From Raillietiella orientalis (lineage: Eukaryota): a stretch of 64,000 bases of DNA. The stretch lies in assembly GCA_036172245.1 (NCBI GenBank), contig JAYWIR010000012.1, positions 2,976,001 to 3,040,000 on the forward strand, in the 5' to 3' direction. Made by a program: the position numbers and the translations under genes. Shown here piece after piece: positions 38,401-49,896 of the stretch (positions are counted from its first letter, which is position 1; the number at the start of each line of letters is the position of its first letter). The notes beneath the pieces are model-generated. The model had not been told where the DNA came from and ran no database searches. It saw nothing but the letters and a program-made list of their open reading frames with translations.

Positions 38401-39300
38401 CCCTGCGCGGGTTGCTGATGGCAACCTGCTCAGGTCCGCAACTCGAAGTGACTAATACTTGAGTCTTCTACCCCTTTGTGGATCATGGAATTCATTCGTC
38501 CTGACACCCGTCACTTTCTCCTTATCTCAGTCTCGATTACCCCTACCAACTGCTGCCTCATCCCACTCGTCGCTCTCGGAATCCGACTGCAGTGGTTTCT
38601 CCCTGTGCTCTTCCTCTTGGAGACGAGAACACCTCATCCTGCAGTTCGTCTCAGACCTCTTTGTCTTGCGGATGGAGCACCGACCTTCTCTTGCGAGTTT
38701 GCATCAGCACAAAGACCCCAGAGCTTTGCTTTCTCCTGACTGTGCTCGGCCTCCTTTCCAGGGCTCCTAATTCTGCCGTTCCCTCCTTCCTTCCCACTTC
38801 CTCTCGGCATCATGACGTCACGAAGACTGAAGAACTTTTCAGAGGACAATCTTCCTGATGCAGAGGCGCTACTGATCCGAGGCAGCTTCCCCACAGACGC
38901 GGCAATCCCTTCTTAACGCAGGGACATGTGAGGTCATGGGATACTTGCACCCCTTCACCAGCCCACCAGCGTCACAGAGCTAGTAGGACTTCCAGTGTGG
39001 AGCAGAAGCCGAGCGAACAAAAGAAAGCGTCGCCTCTCCAGCTGGTGCTGCCACATGCGCAGCCACGGCTATCACGAGATACTCCGTCTCATGTTCTCGT
39101 TCCACCTTTGGAAGAGTTCGCAGCAGCAGGGATGGAGTCACTTGAGTCCGTCTGGCTCTTCTGATGTAAGAACCGGAGCTACATGAAGCTCCCCTTCAGC
39201 ACTTGTTAAGGGAGTGGGGCACAGCAGCCATCTTCGAGTCTTCACCCTGTCACGGCGGGCGCTTATCGTCAAAGACTGTTGGCGACAGAATGGTCCAAAT
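29450..39300 (-). mobile_element. Cluster of mostly minus-strand non-LTR fragments (ORF1 and endonuclease regions)
   Basis: Internal homologies: 31340-31410 vs 34520-34590 (gcctttccttgggaccaccctggaaa), and 34710-34900 vs 37125-37305 vs 9815-9890. ORF1-like SVECAGLPVWFLESAAAAM on minus at about 35590-35645. CT tracts mirror the GA tract of the 13-17 kb copy. Individual boundaries are not resolved and parts may be unrelated repeats. Confidence 0.55.
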
Positions 39301-42300
39301 GGAAAGAAAGAAGCCATTGGTCCGCAGCGGAAAGGCCTCCAGGATTTACCGAAGCGGGAGGCTCTTACCGCTTTGGCAATTCCTGTAGTAAGGTCACTGC
39401 TCAGCCTACAGGAAGAAGTTCGCACAGGGAAATGTGAGGGAATAGAAATAAACGAAATAAAATAGGTAAGTATCCAACCCAAAAAGATCTAAAATGCTAG
39501 AAGAGGGGGATGCAAGGAAGGCGATCGTAGTTACCTCCCTGGTGTCCTCTGCATCTGTTTCAGGATGTCGGCAAGTTTCTCCTTCTGCTGAGAAAGACAC
39601 GGCCATATTATGGTCATCCTTAAGAGGGAAGCCACCATCGGGATGGCTTTTCTGGTTGTCCGGCTTCTGCTATTGTGGCTGCAAACCGCCACCATACTTC
39701 ACGAGCAGTATGGATCGACATCGCGGGAGACATTTCGCCGCGAGAGAAGAGGCCTCTCGGCACGCTTGGTCTTTCAGTGAGACCAGAGACGCAGATGAAA
39801 GTTTCCGAACACCATGGAGGTCTCTTCTGATCTCCTCGAACTCGGAAGACTTTGCTTCTCCCACGTTGAAGGGAGGAGTACGAGTCTGCGGCGAGGCCCG
39901 TTGATGGGCCTGTGAAATCCTCCTGGAGCCAGCTGGGAGTAGGATGTTCCTCTTCTCTCCCACTGCAAGCCCGCAAGATGGAAAGGAGGACGTTTCGGCT
40001 TCTTCCCAGTGCCGCCGCATTCTCCCAAAGTCACAAGAGGAGCAGATAAGCTGGAATGTTTCCCACAAACGTTCAAGACGTTCTGAGTGTCTTTGTCGTT
40101 GCAGTTGACCATTCCGTGAAGTGCAGCCATCGTTCCTTCCCAAAGGTCTCTCTGGGAAACTGCAGAGCGTCCACGTACTGTAGCAGTGAACCCGCCTAAC
40201 GATCTGCTGCAGATGCGAAGCGCCTCAGTCCGTAAGAGAAATTTCCCTCCCATCTGGTGGTGGGAATCGGATTTATCCTGCATCTCTGCCGTCTGGCATT
40301 TGGAAGCGAAGGCGGACCTTCGCAGCAACGCGGATACGATGAGCCTTTCTACTTACGCGTTACGACAGCCTTTCTCCGGCATTTCCAGCGCCGACTTGGT
40401 CTATCAAGGGCGATTGCATGGTGCCTCGAAGCTGGAGTCCGGAGTGGTAGCTAAGAAACCCGTGATAGCAACTTGTTGGTGGCTGTGGTAACGCAATCAG
40501 ATTTCCTTGCTGCAGAGCCATTCCTCACTTTCTTCAGAATGTCCGCGCAACGCAAAAAGGGGAAGAAGAAAACGTAAAACCACATCAGCAGCATATGTCG
40601 CACTCCAAAATTCAGGGCACCCTTTTGGAATTTTCAGGATACTTTGCAAACATCACGGAATCCAGAGGAATGGCTTCAAAATGTCCTCTATGGCTCCGTT
40701 GAACATTCCTTTCTACTGTCTACGACTGCTGTTCTGGAGTTGCTCACCGATATTTCGTTCCATGTCGCGCATTCTGGGGAATAGCCTGGACTCCTTTTTA
40801 GGAACATTTCAGCGGTGCATGGGTTCCAAGTGAGGGAAGAATCCCTCCAACACTACGATCAACAACAAGCAAAAGGAGTGCGTCGTGCACGATTGGAAGG
40901 CCTTTCGGATTGCCGAACAAGAGAGCACAAAATGTTCGAGATGAAAACATTTGTTCGCCTGCAAAATTTTTCCGCGTTTGCGTACACCCAGCCGCTAAAT
41001 GCACCGACATTGAGGAACACACCCACATACATACAAGAGATGAAGAAATGCACGTGTGCTCAAATGCATACATCAACACGAACATCATGCACATGATGAA
41101 CGCACGTCCATTCCTACGTGTGTGTGCACACCCATATACACGTTCGTATACGTGGAGTACCGCATACCTATCGTCATAGGAACACCATACACCTATGTGA
41201 CGCGTAACCTTCCTTCGGAAGCGCCACAAGCAAATGATTGTTTCTTTTGACGAATGGATCGCGCTTTGGTGTACTGCTGTGCCAGTTTTTGTTTGATGCA
41301 CACTTTCCTCCGCATGCCATGAGCTCTCCACGGAGACATCGGACCCTCGAAAGTGCCTCGGAAACCCTTCCGGCCGGAGGGATTTTTCTGCCTTGATGCA
41401 CAGTAGGAAAGAAAATATTAAGGGGCGTCTGTCCTTCTGCAGTGAAACAGAGGCCGCACTTTATCAAATCAGTTTGTAATCTCAAATCTTTATCAGCCTA
41501 AACTATTAGTCTTTCTCTCTAGTTGTAATTGTGCTTATCATGATTTATCCATCGGTTTCATCATAGGACCACGCGTCCATCGTCACAGCAGGAGATCCTG
41601 ACTAAATAATTCAAAAGCTCTTATCGTTCTCTTGCCTTTTAGGACATAATTCCCCCAGCAAGTGCGAATTATTGTATGTCTGCCACACAAAAGAAACGAG
41701 GTGTCTTCCTGTTCAAGGAACAGAAAAACGTCCGCACGCACGCTATGGAGAAACTTTCCTCTGTGAACCGAATTCGTTACTTCGATGCAACAGGCACACC
41801 CAATGGGCATCCCATCACTGCTGTATGGAGCATGAAAAGTGCATCTCCTTCCTTGATTTCTCGTTTCTTCAATGCCTTATTCAGCTTCTCTTTTCAAATA
41901 GTAGGCTCCCTTTGCGTTGGATGGGGGGTGCTTCAGTTGACAACTGCCGATAGTTTCGATAGTTTTTGTTCCTTCTTGTTGTTGAGCCCCCTCGAGACAT
42001 TTCCAAAATATCAACATCTCTCCCTGGAACTGAAGAGCATTCCCTTTGTTTCTTCGCAAGCCTAACAGTAGAATAGCTGAAGACATTTGTTCCGTTAACA
42101 AACCATCAGAGATGGTGTAAAGAGACTCATCTACATGATTCACTGGTACACAGTTGTCGCCACTCACTCGTAACTACGAGCTGCGCCAACCTAACAGATC
42201 ATTCCTTGACTATCGTTTTCCTCCCGCCTAACGACGAAGATTTGCTAGGCAGTTCGTCCACATCCATGGTTTCAGTTTCTTCTTCCCCGTTACCCTGCTT

Positions 42301-42581
42301 TCCTTCTTTTTCCTCTATGTTCCTTGTGCTAGGCCGCGTTCACCTTTCAAGGTATCTAAGAGTGCAGCTTGATATTTGAAAGATACCGATACTGCGGAAA
42401 TACCCGTCGGTAATCTGTCGGATCCGAATGGAGCACTCAGCATTGAATTCGGAGTTATTCACTCGAAGAAACGATTCTCGTCATTTCCTTCTGTTCCTTA
42501 GAAGCGTGAAAGATTAAACGAATTCAGATGCCCCGAATCACTGTTCAGAGAACACTCCAGCCATGCACGACAGCTCCTCCG

Positions 42582-43560
42582 ACCCGTAATGCACGGTGGA
42601 TGAGGTGTGCAACAGCCAGGAGAAGTGGACTCGCCTGGCCGTCACGCCGCTCGCCGACGCGCTGTCAGCCCTCAGGGCAAGAGATGACAGCTGCGAACCG
42701 GCGAGATGGGAGGTCGCCTGCATCATTGCAGGAACAACACGACCTATTGGCGGCTGGAGGACTTGCGAGCTGGCAGACGCCGCCACGCCTCGCCACATCC
42801 CGAAGGGACTCCTTCGGTGGAGCGAACACTTGAGTGTGCCCCCCGAAGAACTTGTGGTCCCTCCCTCCTGTTTGAACACTTCTGTGTTCCCCCTTTCGTG
42901 GAAGCAGGACGTCATCATGCTGGTGCATTGGGGTTTTCACTTCAACCAGCGGACGAACCGTGTTTCCGGGGGAGTTGTCTCCCCAAGCTGTAAGCGGTGC
43001 GGGGAAGTGGAAACGCTCCCGCACCTGCTCCTGGACTGCGGTTCCCTCCAAGGACTGTGGCGGAGGCTGGCCTCAGCTCTCCTGCACCAGGGGGACACCG
43101 CGAGAGACTTGATGCGCCGCTTCTTCACGCCAGTCGGCCTGTCCTTAGGTACGGTGGTCGCAACGGTCTGTTGCACTCGAGCCATCGACAAGGCCCACCG
43201 AGAGTTGGAGAAGCTGGCCATCCTTCGTCAGCCCACCGGACTAGCCAGCGCAAGCATGTCGTCGGCTGCCGAGTGGGCCCACCTACCAGAGAGCGTGAGG
43301 AGAGAGATCGCCGGCATCCATCGCCGGTTCTGAAAGGAAGGAACGGCCGAACCAAAGACCCTTGTCCCCTGCCCCCCATATTTTTCTTTTTATTTTTTTA
43401 TAGTAGTGTATTTGTGGTCCCCTCCCTCTCGTTCCGGACTTTCGGCATACCGACCTGCGTGTCGGGGATCCCACCCCCTTCGTCTCTTGTTTTTCCCTTT
43501 GTCCAGGAACTCTGTTCCCGGATAGTTTTTAATAAACGCCCTGGCACGCCCGGGTGATAA
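42582..43560 (+). mobile_element. Young 5'-truncated L1/Tx1-like insertion (979 bp) with an open ORF2 C-terminus and complete 3' UTR
   Basis: Perfect 12-bp TSD acagctcctccg at 42570-42581 and 43561-43572. Stop-free frame to 43333 containing C-x2-C-x7-H-x4-C (CKRCGEVETLPHLLLDC). T-rich UTR, AATAAA at 43531-43536, terminus ...cccgggtgataa. Confidence 0.92.
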
Positions 43561-45559
43561 ACAGCTCCTCCGGCAAATCCTAATCGACTCATATTTCGTA
43601 GATGCTGATCTGACGGTCTGCCAGCTTCACACCTCTTCCAGAGCTTCATCGGAAACTTCAGGCGCCACCAGATAGCATCTGGCACGATGGGGTCACTGCA
43701 ATTTGAAAATACAATCGCTTGTAAGTAGCATCGCCTTTGAGTTGTTTATTTTCGTGTGGGCGAGTGGAAAAACCTTCCTCCATTGCACGCTTTGAAGCAA
43801 AACTCTTGAAGTATCCGATTAGTAGGTCTTGCTAGGCGATATGTATACATCGCTTCTCAGCCTTTTGGCTAAGATCAAAGTGTACACATACATATGGCAA
43901 TTGCCTGCTGCTGTCCCATTTTGTCGATTCCGGAGATTTTCAAGAGTGGAGCATCGAGTGGCTTCTCTTCCAGCACAAGCATTTCTTGCGATCCATTTGC
44001 TTGGAATCCTGCTCGTGTCTCTGTTTTACCCTTTTTGTATTTACTATTCTGTTCCTTGATGCAAAAATGCACGTGCCATCTTTAGGCATCGAGTATTTGT
44101 ACTCGAATTACAAGGCAGATGGCGAGCCGGACTGGAATGCTAGGCAGCAGCACTATTCCTCAATCTTGGGAAAAAAAGATGGTTCCTAGTGCGAAAAGGA
44201 TGTTGGGCCAATGTTTCCCTTAATTCGGTGATGCCCCACATAGTTCGCGGGTCTCACCTGAAGTTATACTCGACGTTTCCCTGATGAGTACCACCTCCAA
44301 CCTCCTGATCGCAGACTACGCGAGTTTTTAAAATGTGCATAGCAAACCCCTTTGACATTTCCTTTGGCTTCTTCCGACTTTTTCAAGCAGATCACCTCTA
44401 ACCCAAGCTTCAGTTTGACAAGTTTGACATCGGGTCCTCGCTATGATTCATTGACCATATGCAAAAGCTTTTGCATTTATCATTAATTTGCTACGATGAT
44501 CGCGCGTCATTACCTAACCTTAGCAGGCCGATTACGGCTTGGTCGGAATGCTGCGCACAGAAGAAAGCAGGAAGCTCTCTGTGAGCATTCTGCATTATGG
44601 TTGAGAGTTCCTTAAGTAAAATTGGGAATGATCGCTGATCGCACGTACAGTGCTGAGGGAATCAAAGGGAACACTTGGCGTCCTCCTGAAAATACCAATA
44701 ACTTGTACTCGTAAAGTCGGAAAATTTCAAGAAATCGGTTATACAAGTTCTCGTCCCTTCAATGATTTCGAGTTCCGGGTTTTCCATCATTCTTCTTTTC
44801 TTTTTTTCCTCAAGAACAACAGAGCTGTTACAAGACGCCATTCCATTTGGGTTTAATGGATCTTTCATGCTAATTCAATTAATGTTATGCAAATTTCCAT
44901 TAAAAAGCGCAGACACAACAACGGTTAAGAGTCTTTTCCTAGATCTAATTAACTGGGAATAACTGCCTGCAACTTATAACATGAACACAGTGTTTTTTTC
45001 GCACTTCCAAAACACTCTCATTTCACTGAAGATAGGAGTCCTGGAGAATTTCGAAGATTCGTCACGTCGCTTCGAGAAAGATGATTTGGAATATGAGGAT
45101 GCACGGTTACTATGAAAACACCTCTGCTGTTTTTTTTTTTTTTTTTTTCCCCTCACTCCAATGTAATCATCCTGAATTCCAACTGAAATACAGAGGGGAA
45201 GAAATCTTTACAGAAGAAGGAAAAAAATGAGATATCTGATAAGGAAGAGTTAGGCACCTGGCGAGCAACTTCAGGCGTGAAAACGGCGATTCGGTAGGAC
45301 AAAACGGTCTTACGCTGTTGAAAAGTGAAACATTACAATATGCTTTCCTTTTTTAACGGTGCCGAAGACAACCATCATCGGACTGCAAGTTGCAAGGCAC
45401 CTTTCTTCCAACAGACAAGCTGGGTGATCAAACAGAAAGTTCTTAAATGCAAAGATCTCGATGCAACGTGAAGAGTGTTGCTTCCTTAGTCCAGGACACG
45501 CCCGGTCGTAATTTGGATTGTAATTTTTATAAGCAGGCAGAGATGTGGAAAGTAGTCCA

Positions 45560-46750
45560 TGCTATTTGGATGTGGGCCGTGCATACGCGTAAACCATTAT
45601 TTTCTTGTGCTGTAGTTGCAGCTCGCAGTCGGGGATGCCCCAGCTCGAACGTGGCAACAGCTGCGGGACGAGCCCTACTTTCTGGCCGCAGCCAGCAGCA
45701 AAAGGGCGCGGTGTTTGTTTGTCGGCAGCAGGCAAACCTAGGAAGAATGCTTTTCCCTCGCTACACCGATGGTAGGCGCTACTTGTTTCACTGGGGAAAT
45801 TTGCCAGATCTCCAGTGTGTTGCTGTCTGTGCTTCAAAGGGCAGTCACCGACTCCAAGCTTTGGACACTGGCGGAACGACAGTCTTGCCACTCTCGGATT
45901 CCGCTTTGGAGTTGCAACTAGTCGGGGCGCGTACTTCTTCTGAAAGCACAAGGGGAAACGGGTTGCACGATTCAGCTACTCACGTGTTCTTGGGGTGTTG
46001 GCGAAGGAAGTAAAGACGCAGACAGAGAAAGCGCATTTTTCACCTAAACTTTTTTTGTTAGCCCCATCTCGTTAGCCACTCATCGTGTTTCGTCAACTGG
46101 GACCTTATTCCAATGTTCTATGTTCGTAATCTCTTGGGCTGAATTCCAGTGACCACTGATCTTCGCCCAACGGAACCGATGGTGATGGATAAGGAACCTA
46201 AGCAGCAGGTGGCTACGCTCGAAAAGCACGCTGCCCTTTGAAGGCCGGACGGGACTCACGACGAGGGCTTTCATTTTTTCGAAGCCAAAGCCGATCTTTG
46301 TTTAAACGACTTCGAGAGAGTGAAGGGCGGTGGGGAGAGGCGTGCAGCAGCTGCAAGGTTTGTGTTTTCCTTTCGGGGTACCGTTCGACCGAGGAAGGAG
46401 GCTTCAAGGGAACCGCTCACTTAGTTCCCAGTGGGATCCAAAAGCTATTCGCTGTGGTTACGGACGGTTTGCTGTACGCAGACCTTGATTATCTTCGTGT
46501 GAGGTGATGGCTTGAGAGCATCGGCATCGGCGCGAATTCCCTGCAGTGGGACGCGCGGCCGCAGCATCGCAGCTCGCCGCGCCCAAGTGGGGCAGCCACT
46601 GCATCCTTGGGGACGTCGCCTGGACGCAACCGCGGTGCGTACGTCAGTGAGGTAATTCCTCGAAAAGGGGAGGACCTGCCCACGAAAACAAACACCCCGA
46701 AGTGAAAAAGTGCACCGCGAGCGCTGTGAGAACAACCGAAGGCGTGTGTG
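45560..46750 (+). mobile_element. Two old non-LTR remnants (ORF2 C-terminal-like, then ORF1 knuckle-like)
   Basis: LFPRYTDGRRYLFHWG (about 45750) resembles VFPLSWKQDVIMLVHWG (about 42885); a decayed Cys/His-knuckle-like stretch lies at about 46520-46660. Similarity is weak. Confidence 0.4.
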
Positions 46751-46989
46751 TTCATTTTTGGAGCTGGTTACGATGACAACAGAACCGGTAGCCGTTCAGG
46801 ATGCATCCAGTGAATTGCATGGCACTAGAAAGCACGTGCACCGTGTTGTCAGGTGTGTTGGGACTGTTCCATGCCACATTTCTTCGGACACTTGTATTGT
46901 CAAGTAGTTTGTACATGCTGACATTGCAAATGCAGATGGATAAGATCCCAAACAAGTTGTCCATGCATTAAGATTCCTTCGCAGAACAA

Positions 46990-48160
46990 ATGCTGAAATC
47001 GTTGTGCAAGGGTACAAATGTATTTAAGTTGTTTGTGCTACTCTCTCCGCTGTTATTGTGGTATTTTATGAGAAATATAACCGTGCTAGAAAGAACTGTA
47101 AGGCATAAAGTCAATTTAAAAGACATATTAATAACGGCCGTCAATGCTGCCATGGATGGAGGACTCGAAGTTGTTGCAGTAAGAAGAACAGCTCAACTGT
47201 TGGAACAATCTAAGGGTAAAACTAAAGAAGGCATTAAAGACCCTGTTACTGCCGGCGATATTCGTTCACATCTTATAATGATGGATTATTTTAAAAAGAG
47301 GTTTCCCAACTTGCATGTATATATAACACGATCGAGTCTCAGTGAAATAGCCTTTCATTTTAGATCGTTTCAGAAGAAAGTAGTGTGGAGTCCATGTTAA
47401 AGAATCTCACCATAGAGTCACGCGAAATAATCTACGAAAACATAAATGTACAAGATGAACTAGTCTTTTCCGATGATATACTGATTTGGATTGATCCACT
47501 TGATGCAACAAAAGAATACACTGGTGAATACAAATCATGCTAACGTGGAATATGAATTATTCTAGAAAGACTGGATACATATGTAACAGTTATGGCATGT
47601 GTAACACTAAAAGGATTGCCCATTATGGGTGTGATCTACAAACCATTTGAGGAAGATCTGTATTGGGTCTGGGTTGGCAAAAACATGTCTGATAGCATTC
47701 ACAACCTCAGGGTGAGCATGACATATCAGATAAGCCATAATTCTTGCAGAGACTTAAGAGCAGATCGAATAATACAGTTATTACCTCCCGTTCTCATAAA
47801 GGGAAAGTAAATGAACTTGTGAATTCAACTTTTGGAAAGCAGTGGAAAATTATAAGTGCTGGTGGTGCAGGTATTTGCGTTTGAAGTTTGTGCAGTGAAT
47901 TCATGCTAGATTATAAAGGATACAAAGTGCTGCAGTTATTGTCCAAACAAGCTAATGTTTACATTCATACTACACTGATCAAAAAGTGGGACATCTGTGC
48001 AGGACATGCGCTTTTAATGGCTAATGGAGGGCAAATGACTACCCTGTCTGGCCAACAAATTACCTATGGATCACCCTTCAGATCAGAATTACATGATGGT
48101 TTATTGGCCACAATGGAAAATCATGAATGGTTTTTAAGAAAGTTGAAAACACATTCTTAG
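46990..48160 (+). CDS. IMPAD1: Golgi-resident PAP 3'-phosphatase (IMPAD1/BPNT2/gPAPP), 5 exons, 331 aa
   Basis: Exons 46990-47316, 47364-47523, 47566-47711, 47750-47870, 47919-48160 with GT-AG introns of 47, 42, 38 and 48 nt give one frame. It has an N-terminal TM anchor and the motifs SKGKTKEG..DPVT, IVSEE, WIDPLDATKEYT, SRSH, AGGAGYK and IKKWDICAG. Confidence 0.95.
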
Positions 48161-48290
48161 TGCTATCATTACAAGTGAGGAATACACATATAACTTTAAC
48201 ATTAACACAGAGATCATTGAGGTCATTAAGTGTTGACCTTTGTGTATTGTATTGCTTTGTATATACGGGGGAATGTAATTAGACAGTTAA

Positions 48291-49844
48291 TCACAAATGA
48301 TAATTATATAAACAACTGTTATTGTTACTTGATCCAGCAATACCAGATTGCAGTTTAACTACATTCCAGTAGGGATGGAGATTTTTCCCTGAATATTTAC
48401 GTGACAAACCAAGTTTTAAATTGTGCCTAGGTTTCAAGGAATGAGCATCTGATGCCAAATCAGGCACACCTAACCTGAATACTTTCTGTGGAGTAGATTT
48501 CGTTTTATGGACTGGAAACTCTGAGCATGTACTGCTATATAGTTCCAATCCTACATCTTCCATCGAGAATTCTTGTTTGTTATCAGCAGGTACTTCTTGG
48601 TCATCTTTCAATGAATGATGACACAAGGAAAACGTAGTTTGAATGCAAGCATCAGCTGAGGAGGGCTTTGAGAAAATTAAATTCCAATCCTCGACTAAAG
48701 GATCTTGAGAGTTGACTGCCTCGGTCAGATCAAATCCTTGGCTGCAGCAAGGACTTTCAATTTCACAGAAATTTTCTATGCATTCAGATGTTTCAGTTGT
48801 GTAATTCGTTAGATGCAGTTCACAAATATTGTGTGCGCACTGAATATCAAAATGCTCGTGTTTGCCATTTGAGCTGGAAACAAAACTGCTTGACTGCTGT
48901 TCTTCTGTCTCCATATGTGTGTAATTCAAACATAAATACTGATGTGGTAATTTAGATTCACATAGGGGACAAAAAAATTCATGATGACTTATGCATGCAA
49001 CTTCAGCAATGCTGAACATGCAAACAGAATAAGAATCTGATGTGGTCATTGCAATGCAGTCATTCTGCATTGCTTTATTGTAATATATACTCAACTGAGA
49101 TAGATCAAGGGAAACATCTGATAAAAGAATTACTCGATAAACTTGTCGTAGTTGATCAGCAGATGAGCAAAATTTTCTCAGTGTTATTAAACAGTTTTTC
49201 CAAATACACTTGCAATAACCTTTCCAAAAACATGGTAATGATTTTTGCTGTAGTCGTGATCTTGTGAATGTTAATTTTTTCCACATCATGCAAATGAGCT
49301 GATTAATAACATGCCCCCAACCACAACACAAACAAATCATGCAGAAATGATGTAGTGCAACGACAGTAGAAAGTTGTGTCACTGAGATCAGTTTCAAAGT
49401 ACGACGGATGTTACAAAGACTTCCATGTAATTCCTCAATGACTAACAAGTAGCATGTTTCTGACAGGAAAACAAACTGTATGACAGTAATTAAAGCAAGG
49501 AACAATATGAGGAAATACATTTAAAAAGTACCTTTAGAAAAACAGTACTCCATAAACCAAGCTTCAGTAAATTTTGATCAGCAAACAAAGACATATCAAA
49601 GAATAAAGAGTCAGAGGATAAAATATGATCTACAGAATAAAAAACCAGAAGCAATCCAGTAAAATAAAAGCTTACGTGGAAATCCAGATATTAGCTTCTT
49701 GTCTTCACATGAACTACTTGCTAGATGGCATAGAGGAGAAGAAAGAACTGGTAACACAGGCAAAGGAAATGTCGGATTCTGATAAATATATTCCCTTATT
49801 GCATTCAAAAGTGATTCTAGATCAACTTTATAGGTATATTTCAT
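48291..49844 (-). CDS. Uncharacterised Cys-rich protein (about 483 aa) with a C-terminal RAD51-interacting-like motif
   Basis: Predicted exons 49844-49676, 49629-49532 and 49475-48291 are joined by GT-AG introns of 46 and 56 nt into a single open frame. A 1185-nt stop-free exon in AT-rich DNA is unlikely by chance. C-terminal LKLGLSRKYSGKNLHPY resembles the RAD51AP1/RAD51AP2 motif (R[IL]GLSR..R[IV]K.LHP). Confidence 0.7.
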
Positions 49845-49896
49845 GTTGACTGGAAAGAAAAGCAATTCACAATTCAAAATTGCAACATGAATAGAC

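Noticed and set aside
41010..41210. CA/TG/TA-rich stretch with short palindromes
   Set aside because: Looks like a decayed alternating purine-pyrimidine microsatellite with no consistent unit or structure.
39600..42560. Possible LTR-retrotransposon gag or other TE remnant
   Set aside because: Only a vague Cys/His pattern near 40050; the evidence is too weak to classify.
49476..49520. Signal-peptide-like MYFLILFLALITVIQ at the start of the 409-aa ORF
   Set aside because: Better explained as the T-rich 3' part of a 56-nt intron ending in CAG in frame.
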